The notes under the pieces: generated by a model
What the model was told of the DNA's origin: nothing
Database searches by the model: none
The model's input: only the letters and a program-made list of their open reading frames with translations
Part shown: positions 43,156-51,149 of the stretch, piece by piece
Position numbering within the stretch: position 1 is the first letter of the stretch
Layout of the letters: every line of letters begins with the position of its first letter
Position numbers and translations under genes: made by a program
Origin: an uncultured Acidobacteriota bacterium
GTDB taxonomy: Bacteria > Acidobacteriota > Thermoanaerobaculia > Multivoradales > UBA5704
Assembly (NCBI GenBank): GCA_963700145.1
Contig: OY969474.1
Span: 4,576,001 to 4,640,000 of the forward strand
Length of the DNA: 64,000 bases
Direction of reading: 5' to 3'

Positions 43156-45738
43156 TCAGGTCGCCAGCTCGCTGCGCACCGCCAGCAGCCGCTCGCGCAG
43201 CGCCGCCGCGTCGGCGGGCCGGCGGTTGACGTCGCGGTGCAGGGCGGCGCGGAAGAAGCGGACGAGCGGCTCGGGCGCGTCGGGCCGCCCGGCGGTCAGG
43301 TCGGGCACCCGGCCCATCAGGATCTTCGCCATCACCTGCTTGACCTCCGCGCCGCGGAAGAGCTTGCCGCCGATCAGGCACTCGTAGAGGACGACGCAAA
43401 GGCTCCAGAGGTCGAAGGTCGGCGCCGCCGGCTCCTTTTGCAGCGCCTCGGGCGAGAGGTAGGAGAGGGTGCCGACGAGCCGGCGGGTAGGGGTCGTCAG
43501 GCTGTCCGGCTCCCCCTCGATCAAGGTCGGGTCCTGCTCGGTCTCCTCCAGCCACACGGCGGAGGGACTGGAGGCGGAGCTGTCGTCGGTGCGCGTGTCG
43601 AGCCTGCGTCGGGCGATGCCGAAGTCCATCAGCTTGGGCACGCCGTCCCTGGTGAAGCCGATGTTGTTGGGCTTGACGTCGCGGTGCAGGATGCCGGCGG
43701 CGTGGAGGCGCTCGAGCGCGCCGGCCATGGCGATCCCCAGCTCCACGGTCTCGCACGGCCCCAGGGCCCCCTGCTCGATCCGCTGCCCGAGCGTGCCGCC
43801 TTCGAGCAGCTCGAGGATCAGGATCGGGTTCCTCTGCCAGGTGTCCACGCCGTAGATCCCGGCCAGGTGCGGGTGCACCACCTTGGCGGCGGCGCGCGCC
43901 TCTTGCCGCAGGATGAGCGCGTGCTCGGGGGAGATGCGGCGCAGGGTCTTGATCGCCACCGTGCGGCCGAGCGACAGATCGCAGGCGCGGTAGACCAGCC
44001 CCATGCCGCCGACGCCGATCCGCCGCTCGAAGCGGAACTTGTTGGGCGGCAGCACGTAGGGGACGTGCGCCTCCTCCAGCCGCCGGCTGTCCTCGCTACA
44101 GAAGACGGTGTGGGCGAGGAACACCCGGCCGCACTTCGGGCACTCCCGCCCGTTCTCGCCCGCCGGTGCCGCCGCCGGCCGGTACGGCTCCGCCCCGCGC
44201 GCCGAATCGGCGATGTCGCGCAACAGATGCTTGTCCTCCTTGAGGAAAGCGAGGCCGCTCTTCTTGGCCCCGAGCGCGATGGCCCCAAGGAGGGTTCCGT
44301 CCCGCGCCGGGATGGGGGCGATCAGACGCAGCCGGTTCTCGGCCAGCCAGTGGCGATCGGCCTCGGGGAGCCGGCCGAGCGCGGCGGCGGGCTCCTCCGG
44401 GTCGATCTCCAGCAGCTCGACGCTCTCGGCGATCAGCAGGGCGAGCGGCGAGGAGGCGTCGATCTTGCGCCGGCGGTCGAGGGGGTCGACGTATTGGGCG
44501 GTGCGCTGTTCCTCGACCAGCACGGAGCAGGCTTCGAGGTGGAGGGCGCGGTCCACCTCGCGGCAGGTCAGCTCGGCCAGCTCCTTGGCGTCGTGCACCC
44601 AACGGATGCGGTCGGCGAGCTGGGTGAGGATCTTGCGCGCGTCGTACTGCTCGCGGAAGAAACGGCGGTCGATGGCCTCGAGGATCCGCGCGCCGTAGAC
44701 GAGGGCGGCGACGCCGGCCAGCGAGCAGAGGACGAGGAGGAGACGGTTCCCCGTCATCGACTCGCGCAGCGGCTCGTCGCTGTGCAGGTAGAAGTAGACG
44801 AGGAGGACGGCGAGCGGCAGGAAGATCACGACCAGCGCCGTTCCGCGCGCCAGGGCGTACTGCACGGCGCCGCGGGCGAGGAGCTTGACGTTGAGCACCT
44901 TGTACACCAACACGGCGTAGGCGGTGGTGAAGGGGAGGGAGAGGAAGCAGACTTGGACGAACGCCGCCTGCACCGGCCCGACGGCCTCCGGAGCGAGGAA
45001 CGGCCGCAGGGGCGGCACGAGGAAGGCGACGATGTGCAGGAAGACCGGCAGCAGGGCGAGCGCGATGGCGGCGGCGAAGAGGAGAGCACGGCGGCGCTCG
45101 TCGCCGGTGGCCTTCCGCGCCTTCCAGAAGAGTGTCCCGAGGCCGAGGATCGTCAACACCATCAGCGGGATGTACTGCTCGTAGCTCGGCTTGCCGGGCG
45201 CGGCGGCGGCGAGGCTCTCGGCGCCGGAGAGGCCGCCGAGCGCGCGCCCCAGGCGCACCAGCTGCCAGGCGAAGAGCGCGAAGCCCACGACGAGCGCCGC
45301 CCGCGCGCCCCAGCGCAGCCACCGGCGCATGCGGTAGGAGGCCGCGGTGCGCGGGAAGTCGCGCGCGAAGAGCCAGAAGAAGTACGGGAAGAAGGCGTCC
45401 ACGTGCAGGCTGCGCAGGAGGAGCGCCGGCTCGGCGAGGGCGCGCGGCGCCGAGCCGACCAGGACCAGCAGCCAGCGGTTGGTGAACGAGGTCGCGAGGA
45501 GAAGGTAGAAGGTGCCGAGGTGGACTGCGCGGCGGTCGTTCCGGCCGGTGACCAGCAGCGCGGCGCCCGCCGTCGCGAGCGCCGTCAGGATGAGCATTGT
45601 CATCTGGCGCGATGGAATGAGCCCCGCGAACGCGAGACGGATGGCGGCGGGCTCGCCGAAGACGAGCCCCGCCACCGCGCCCACCACCTGTAGGGCGGAA
45701 ACCACCAGCAGCACGCGGTGCCAGGGCTTGAGAGTCAA
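43156..45738 (-). CDS. Membrane Ser/Thr protein kinase (multi-TM, GAF-like, Zn-ribbon, kinase)
   Basis: About 9-10 TM helices, IDRRFFREQYD, GAF-like segment, CPKC...FC, IGVGGMG.VY, VAIK, HRDVKPNN, DFG, GTLSYLSPE. Confidence 0.93.
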   Translation of the reverse strand: MTLKPWHRVLLVVSALQVVGAVAGLVFGEPAAIRLAFAGLIPSRQMTMLILTALATAGAALLVTGRNDRRAVHLGTFYLLLATSFTNRWLLVLVGSAPRALAEPALLLRSLHVDAFFPYFFWLFARDFPRTAASYRMRRWLRWGARAALVVGFALFAWQLVRLGRALGGLSGAESLAAAAPGKPSYEQYIPLMVLTILGLGTLFWKARKATGDERRRALLFAAAIALALLPVFLHIVAFLVPPLRPFLAPEAVGPVQAAFVQVCFLSLPFTTAYAVLVYKVLNVKLLARGAVQYALARGTALVVIFLPLAVLLVYFYLHSDEPLRESMTGNRLLLVLCSLAGVAALVYGARILEAIDRRFFREQYDARKILTQLADRIRWVHDAKELAELTCREVDRALHLEACSVLVEEQRTAQYVDPLDRRRKIDASSPLALLIAESVELLEIDPEEPAAALGRLPEADRHWLAENRLRLIAPIPARDGTLLGAIALGAKKSGLAFLKEDKHLLRDIADSARGAEPYRPAAAPAGENGRECPKCGRVFLAHTVFCSEDSRRLEEAHVPYVLPPNKFRFERRIGVGGMGLVYRACDLSLGRTVAIKTLRRISPEHALILRQEARAAAKVVHPHLAGIYGVDTWQRNPILILELLEGGTLGQRIEQGALGPCETVELGIAMAGALERLHAAGILHRDVKPNNIGFTRDGVPKLMDFGIARRRLDTRTDDSSASSPSAVWLEETEQDPTLIEGEPDSLTTPTRRLVGTLSYLSPEALQKEPAAPTFDLWSLCVVLYECLIGGKLFRGAEVKQVMAKILMGRVPDLTAGRPDAPEPLVRFFRAALHRDVNRRPADAAALRERLLAVRSELAT

Positions 45739-45798
45739 ACCGGCGCGAGTTTACGCGCTCTCAGCAGCAGAAAAGAACTCTCGCGCAGGCTGTGGCGA

Positions 45799-46143
45799 TC
45801 AGATCTGGCGGCACCAGGGGCAGTCGGAATCGGTCTCCACCCGGTCCGCGGCGCCGCCCGCCTTTTCGCCATCCACTCTCTTCTCCGGCGGCGACTGCTG
45901 GGCCGCCAGCCGGCCGATCGCCTGGAACTTCTCCCTCAGCTCCGCGCCCGGCGGCCCGTCCCACACCTCCCGCGGCGTCTCCACGGGCTTTCCGTCCTTG
46001 GTCTTTCCCGGCCTGACGATCCATCCGAAATAGCGTTTGGTGAGCGCGTCCACGGCGCTCTGCTCGAGCTCCCTGCCCACGCTCTTGGCCCCGGCCTCGA
46101 CCGCGCTGACGATGTCGGCGAACACTTCCTCTTGTGTCGGCAT
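45799..46143 (-). CDS. Small helical protein with C-terminal CPWC, possible histone-fold
   Basis: 114 aa, ATG preceded by AGGGAG SD. Helical pattern and a CxxC tail. Confidence 0.75.
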   Translation of the reverse strand: MPTQEEVFADIVSAVEAGAKSVGRELEQSAVDALTKRYFGWIVRPGKTKDGKPVETPREVWDGPPGAELREKFQAIGRLAAQQSPPEKRVDGEKAGGAADRVETDSDCPWCRQI

Positions 46144-46253
46144 GACGATCTCCCTACCAGACGTTCATGTTCAAAGAACTCTTGTTCGGGCTGGACCCAC
46201 ACGGTCCAACCCCAAGAAAACATGCGATTTCCCTGGCCAGGAAAAACTTTCGA

Positions 46254-46282
46254 ATTGTACCGCCCCGTACCGAGGGTGTCCA
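46254..46282 (-). promoter_or_regulatory. Sigma-70-like promoter for the small protein/kinase pair
   Basis: TGGACA-N17-TACAAT on the minus strand in an AT-richer spacer. Confidence 0.6.
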
Positions 46283-46318
46283 ATCGAGAGGTTGCAATAA
46301 GCGGGGAGGAGGATGAGA

Positions 46319-46344
46319 CGCGGGGCCGCGGGCGCGGCCCCGCG
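46319..46344. terminator. GC-rich hairpin downstream of the redoxin gene
   Basis: CGCGGGGCCGCG-gg-CGCGGCCCCGCG; no clear U tract. Confidence 0.4.
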
Positions 46345-46357
46345 CGTCGGGCGGAAG

Positions 46358-46963
46358 CTAGTACTTGACGCTGCAGCCGTACGGCTTGGTCGCCGCCGGA
46401 TCGGCCTGCCGGCCCGCCTGCTCAGCGGTCAGGCCGAGGTCGACGTAGTTCATCCGCTGCGGCTTCGCCTTACGGCCGCTGGGGTCGTCGTCGATGGCGC
46501 CGTTGTAGGCGATCTTCCCCTGCTCGTCGACGATGTACATGTGCGGCGTCGTCTTGGCGCCGTAGGCCTGGCCGACGGTCCCCTTGGGGTCGTAGAGCAC
46601 GGCGTAATCGACGCCGTTCTCCCGGTTCCAGGCCAAGTGCTCGGCGGGCTCGAGGTAGTTGGGGTGGCTCGCGCTGGTGCTGTTGATCGCCAGCCAGACG
46701 ACCCGCCCGTGGCGCTGCGCCAACTCGCTCATCGTCTTCTCGCGGGCGTGGCGGGCGGAGAACGGGCAGTTGGGGTTGATCCACTCGAGCACCACCACCT
46801 TGCCGGCGTAGTCCGAGAGGTTGTGCGTCTTGCCGGCCAGGTCGGGGAGGGCGAAGCCCGGGGCGGCCTCGCCCACCGCGCCCTTGGCGCAGGCCGGCGC
46901 GGCGGCGAGCAGGGCGGCGAGCGCCGCGGCGAAGGGGAGGAGGCGGAAGGTTCTGATGCGCAT
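46358..46963 (-). CDS. Exported thioredoxin-fold redoxin (AhpC/TSA family)
   Basis: APGFALPD, VVVLEWINPNCPF, YGAKTTPHMY, YNGAIDD, YGCSVKY. Confidence 0.9.
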   Translation of the reverse strand: MRIRTFRLLPFAAALAALLAAAPACAKGAVGEAAPGFALPDLAGKTHNLSDYAGKVVVLEWINPNCPFSARHAREKTMSELAQRHGRVVWLAINSTSASHPNYLEPAEHLAWNRENGVDYAVLYDPKGTVGQAYGAKTTPHMYIVDEQGKIAYNGAIDDDPSGRKAKPQRMNYVDLGLTAEQAGRQADPAATKPYGCSVKY

Positions 46964-46989
46964 CGGGAGTCTCCTAAAAGTCAGAACGT

Positions 46990-48711
46990 TCAGAGCTGCC
47001 CTTGGTAGGCCAGCCAGGGCGCGGCGAGCGCGCAGGCGAGGAGCCCCAACAGAAGGGCGGCCCTAAGCATACCGCCGCGCCGCGCGCGGTGGCCGAGCCA
47101 GGCGCAGAGGGCGAGGCCGAGGAGGGCGAGCTCGACGCCGGCGAGCGCCTCGCGCCCGACCCGCCGTGCCAGCAGGTGGAGGAGCCAGACGACGCCGGCC
47201 GCCGCCAGGAAGCCCAGCGCCTCCTGCAGCGCGGGGCGCGGCGCCGGTTCCGCCGCTCCCGCTCCGGCCCGCAGCTCGCGCCGGCGCCGCCACCAGGCGA
47301 AGGCGAAGCCGGGGAGGGCGACGCCGAGGGCGAGGAGCGCCGCGGCGGCCAAGCGCGCCGGCAGCTCGGAGGCGGCCAGCCTCAGCCCTACCCAGGGCGG
47401 GGTCCAGGCGAGGGCGAGGAGGGCCGCCCACGCCCCGGTGACCGCGCGCCGGCGGAGCAGCGTGAGGTCCTTCCTGCCCGGCGCCGCGTGGGGCCCGGCG
47501 AGCGGCGAACCGACCATCCCCCAGAGGTCGAGGGCGAGCGCCAGGGTGAGGACGGCGAGGAGAGCGCTCACCGCGGGGTTGGCGATCGGCGGACCCCAGC
47601 TGCCGTCGAGCGGCGGGTGGCCGGCGAGCGGCGCCAGGGCCGCGGCGCCGGCGATGGCGACGAGCGTGCCGGCGGCCTCGGCCGTGGCGCCGCGCCGGCC
47701 GCCCCCGGGCCCGCCGCCGCTCCACTGCGCGAGACGCAGGGCGAGGACCGACGGCGCGAGGTTGAGGAGCAACCCGGCGACCAGCACGAGCCAGAGCCTG
47801 GGGGGGCCGGCGCGCGGTGCGTCCGCCGCTCGCCGCCCGGAGCGCGCGCCGGCGCCGCGGCCGGCACCGACCTCGCGCCGCGCCTCCAACGCCGGCAAGG
47901 GGCCGTCGCGCCGCAGCCCGGTGGCCGTCCAGGCGAGCGCCGCGCGCTCCGGCAGCGGCCGCCCGGCCAGGAGCGGCGCCAGCGGCACCCGCCAGGCGAC
48001 GCCGTCCTCGGTCGCCCGCGCCCGCGGCCGCCCCAGCTCGAAGACCTCCTGCGGCTCAAAGAAGAGCCCCGTCCCCGCCGGCGCCGGCTCGACACCATCG
48101 AACCAGACCTCCAGCGCTGCCGCCCCACCGTTCTCCCGCACGATCGCGCCCCCGGTTTCGACCCCGGCCACCGCCTCCACCGCCCGCGGCACCCGCCCCT
48201 CCCACCGCGCCAGCAGCGGCGCCGTCCGCGCATCCTCCACGGCCTCCGCCGCGAGCGGCTGAACGAGCGTGAGCTGCGCGCGGTAGGGGATGCAGTCCAC
48301 CTCACACACCACGTAATCCACGTCCGCCGCCAGCTCCACCCGCTCCGCCCCTGCCCCCGCCAGCCGCGCCCGCAGCGGATACACCACTTCGTCCTCGTAC
48401 CCGAACGCCACCAACCCCCCCGGCAAATCGAACCGCCGAGGCGCCGGCCACAACACCCGCCCCTCCGACACCCCCTCCCCGCTCAGCGTCACCGCCGGCG
48501 GATACCCCGCGTCCCCGCTGTTCTTCCAGTAGATGTGCCACCCAGGCTCCAGCCGCACGTGCAGCCCCAACCGCAGCTCCCCCGCCGCCGCCGCATGCGG
48601 ACTAATCAACCGCACCCGAGAAGGCCCGTTCACCACCCAAGCCCCCTCAACCGCGCCGACAGGCGCAACAAAAAAGACCCAGGTAAGGGAAAACAGAACC
48701 AGTCGCGCCAT
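46990..48711 (-). CDS. DsbD-like protein (N-terminal disulfide-reductase domain plus degenerate TM domain)
   Basis: LEPGWHIYWKNSGDAG.P, WPAP.RF, YVVCEVDCIP, followed by TM helices (LLLNLAPSVL, where PC is usual). Confidence 0.82.
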   Translation of the reverse strand: MARLVLFSLTWVFFVAPVGAVEGAWVVNGPSRVRLISPHAAAAGELRLGLHVRLEPGWHIYWKNSGDAGYPPAVTLSGEGVSEGRVLWPAPRRFDLPGGLVAFGYEDEVVYPLRARLAGAGAERVELAADVDYVVCEVDCIPYRAQLTLVQPLAAEAVEDARTAPLLARWEGRVPRAVEAVAGVETGGAIVRENGGAAALEVWFDGVEPAPAGTGLFFEPQEVFELGRPRARATEDGVAWRVPLAPLLAGRPLPERAALAWTATGLRRDGPLPALEARREVGAGRGAGARSGRRAADAPRAGPPRLWLVLVAGLLLNLAPSVLALRLAQWSGGGPGGGRRGATAEAAGTLVAIAGAAALAPLAGHPPLDGSWGPPIANPAVSALLAVLTLALALDLWGMVGSPLAGPHAAPGRKDLTLLRRRAVTGAWAALLALAWTPPWVGLRLAASELPARLAAAALLALGVALPGFAFAWWRRRRELRAGAGAAEPAPRPALQEALGFLAAAGVVWLLHLLARRVGREALAGVELALLGLALCAWLGHRARRGGMLRAALLLGLLACALAAPWLAYQGQL

Positions 48712-48763
48712 GCCGCGCGCTGCCTACCATGCGCGCCGCCCCCTGACAAGCGCAACGGCGCCA

Positions 48764-48949
48764 CCGGTCTCGGGGCCCGGAGGTCTCTGGAGCGCCGGGC
48801 GCTCCGTCCGCTCCCCCAGGCCGGCCACCGTGCGAGGCGCCGGAGCCACAAGACCGTGCCTGCGGGCAAGACGCCCCTGCACCAGCACGCGAAGCGCGGA
48901 CATCAAGGAGCGTCCGGCGCGGAGGAGAGCCTCCGGGCCCCCACACCGG
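48764..48949. repeat. Long imperfect inverted repeat (MITE-like or structured RNA)
   Basis: GGGGCCCGGAGG (48772-48783) pairs with CCTCCGGGCCCC (48930-48941). GCGCCGGGCGCTCC (48792-48805) pairs with GGAGCGTCCGGCGC (48907-48920). Confidence 0.75.
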
Positions 48950-49004
48950 AACCCCCGACGACGCGCGCCCCTCTTCCGCGCGCCCATACAATCGCCGTCC
49001 GGCC

Positions 49005-49913
49005 ATGCCCGAGCTCCCCGACATCGTGATCTACCTCGAGCGCCTAGCCCCCATCGTCCTCGGCAAGCCCCTCGAATCGATCCGCCTGTCCAGCCCCTTC
49101 CTCCTCCGCACCGTAGACCCCCCGCTCTCCGCCGCCACCAACCGCCGAGTCACCGCCTTAAGTCGCCTAGGCAAACGCATCGTCTGGACCTTGGAAGACG
49201 ACCTCCACCTCGTCTTCCACCTAATGGTCGCCGGCCGCTTCCACCTCCGCCCCCGCACCGCCAAGCTAGCCGGCAAGACCGCCCTAGCCGCCTTCGACTT
49301 CCCCGACGCCACCATTCTCCTGACCGAAGCCAGCCCCAAGAAACGCGCCTCCCTCCGCCTCGTCCGCGGCGCCGCCGACCTCGCCGCCCTCGACCCCGGC
49401 GGCCTCGAAGTCCTCACCGCCGACCTCCCCGCCTTCCGCGCCGCCCTGGCGCGCGAGAGCCACACCCTCAAGCGCGCCCTCACCGACCCGCGCCTCTTCT
49501 CCGGCATCGGCAACGCCTACTCCGACGAGATCCTCCACCGCGCCAAGCTGTCTCCGTTCAAACGCTCGACCGAGCTCGCGGACGACGAGACGGAGCGCCT
49601 CTTCGGCGCGACGCGGGCGACCCTCCTGGAATGGACCGAGCGCCTGCGCACCCAGGTGGGGGAGCGGTTCCCCGAAAAGGTCACCGCCTTCCGCCCGGAG
49701 ATGGCGGTGCACGGACGCTACGGCCTGCCGTGCCCGGACTGCGGCGCGCCCGTGCAGCGCGTCCTCTACGCCGAGAACGAGGCCAACTACTGCGCCCGCT
49801 GCCAGACCGGCGGGCGGCTCCTCGCCGACCGCGTGCTTTCGCGCCTGCTCAAGACCGATTGGCCGCGCACCCTCGAAGAGCTGGAAGAGCGCCGGGCTGC
49901 GGCGCGTGCCTGA
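49005..49913 (+). CDS. Fpg/Nei-family DNA glycosylase/AP lyase
   Basis: MPELPD, RLGK, HLMVAG, SGIGNAYSDEIL (H2TH), CPDC...CARCQ zinc finger. Confidence 0.93.
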   Translation: MPELPDIVIYLERLAPIVLGKPLESIRLSSPFLLRTVDPPLSAATNRRVTALSRLGKRIVWTLEDDLHLVFHLMVAGRFHLRPRTAKLAGKTALAAFDFPDATILLTEASPKKRASLRLVRGAADLAALDPGGLEVLTADLPAFRAALARESHTLKRALTDPRLFSGIGNAYSDEILHRAKLSPFKRSTELADDETERLFGATRATLLEWTERLRTQVGERFPEKVTAFRPEMAVHGRYGLPCPDCGAPVQRVLYAENEANYCARCQTGGRLLADRVLSRLLKTDWPRTLEELEERRAAARA

Positions 49914-49927
49914 ACTGGAGAAAGCAC

Positions 49928-50737
49928 ATGTTCCTCGCCGCCGCCGTGCAGATGACCTCGACCTCCGACGCCGAGGCGAACTGGGAGTCGGCGCGGGAAC
50001 TGGTCGAGCGTGCCGCCGCCCACGGCGCGCGGCTCGTCGCCACCCCGGAGAACACCAACTACCTAGGGCCGCACGAGGAGAAGGTGCGCCGCGCCGAGCC
50101 GCTCGACGGGCCGACCTGCGCCCGCTTCGCCGAGCTGGCGCGCCGGCTCGGCATCCACCTCCTCCTCGGCTCCTTCAACGAGGCGAGCGGCGACGCGGCC
50201 CGCTGCTACAACACCAGCGTCCTCTTCGGACCGGACGCCGCCGTCCTCGCCGTCTACCGCAAGATCCATCTTTTCGACGTCGACGTCTCGGGCGACCTCC
50301 GCTTCTTCGAGTCCGCCACCGTGCTCCCCGGTGCCGAGACCGTGGTCGTCGACACGCCGCTCGCCCGGCTCGGCCTCTCGATCTGTTACGACCTCCGCTT
50401 CCCCGAGCTCTACCGCCGCCTGGCCGCCGCCGGCGCCGAGCTCCTCGCCGTGCCCTCGGCCTTCACCCTGACCACCGGCAAGGACCACTGGGAGCCGCTG
50501 CTGCGCGCCCGCGCCATCGAGAACCAGTGCTACGTCCTGGCGCCGGCCCAGCACGGCCGCCACGACGACCGGGGGCTCAAGGAGAGCTGGGGGCACGCGA
50601 TGCTCGTCGATCCGTGGGGGCAGGTCGTGGCCTGCGCCTCCGACGGGCCGGGGCTGGCGCTCGGCATCGTCGAGCGCAAGCGCATCGAGCGCATCCGCCG
50701 CGCCATGCCGGTGGCTCAGCACCGGCGGCTGACGTAG
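49928..50737 (+). CDS. Carbon-nitrogen hydrolase (Nit1-like amidase)
   Basis: TPEN, YRKIHLFD, SICYDLRFPE, RARAIEN, VDPWG. Confidence 0.93.
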   Translation: MFLAAAVQMTSTSDAEANWESARELVERAAAHGARLVATPENTNYLGPHEEKVRRAEPLDGPTCARFAELARRLGIHLLLGSFNEASGDAARCYNTSVLFGPDAAVLAVYRKIHLFDVDVSGDLRFFESATVLPGAETVVVDTPLARLGLSICYDLRFPELYRRLAAAGAELLAVPSAFTLTTGKDHWEPLLRARAIENQCYVLAPAQHGRHDDRGLKESWGHAMLVDPWGQVVACASDGPGLALGIVERKRIERIRRAMPVAQHRRLT

Positions 50738-50763
50738 AGGTGCGGTAGGCTCGATCTTCGACC

Positions 50764-51060
50764 ATGCAGGCGGACTACCAGGACTTCAAGCTGCTCTGGC
50801 TCTCGGTGCTGCCGATCACCAAGGACGCCATCCACATCTACATCGGCTTCCTGGCGCTGCTGGTGGCGCTGATCGTCTTCCGCCGGCGCATCACCTCCTA
50901 CTGGGCGCTGGTGCCGGGGCTCGTCGTGTCGCTGGCGATGGAGGTCTTCGACCTGCGCGACGGCTTCGGCTGGGGGGCGAGCCTGAAGGACCTGGTCAAC
51001 ACCAACCTGATCCCGTTCCTGCTGGTGCAGCTCGCCCGCTGGCGGCTGATCCGGCAGTAA
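50764..51060 (+). CDS. Small membrane protein
   Basis: 98 aa, about 3 TM helices, KDAIHIYIG...MEVFD...KDLVNT; typical codon usage. Confidence 0.75.
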   Translation: MQADYQDFKLLWLSVLPITKDAIHIYIGFLALLVALIVFRRRITSYWALVPGLVVSLAMEVFDLRDGFGWGASLKDLVNTNLIPFLLVQLARWRLIRQ

Positions 51061-51149
51061 GCGGAGCCTCCGCGAGGAGCGGTTCGGGGGAGAATAGGGC
51101 GCGCTTCCGGCGTGTTATCCTTACGCCGTAATTGCGCCCCGGTTTCCCG

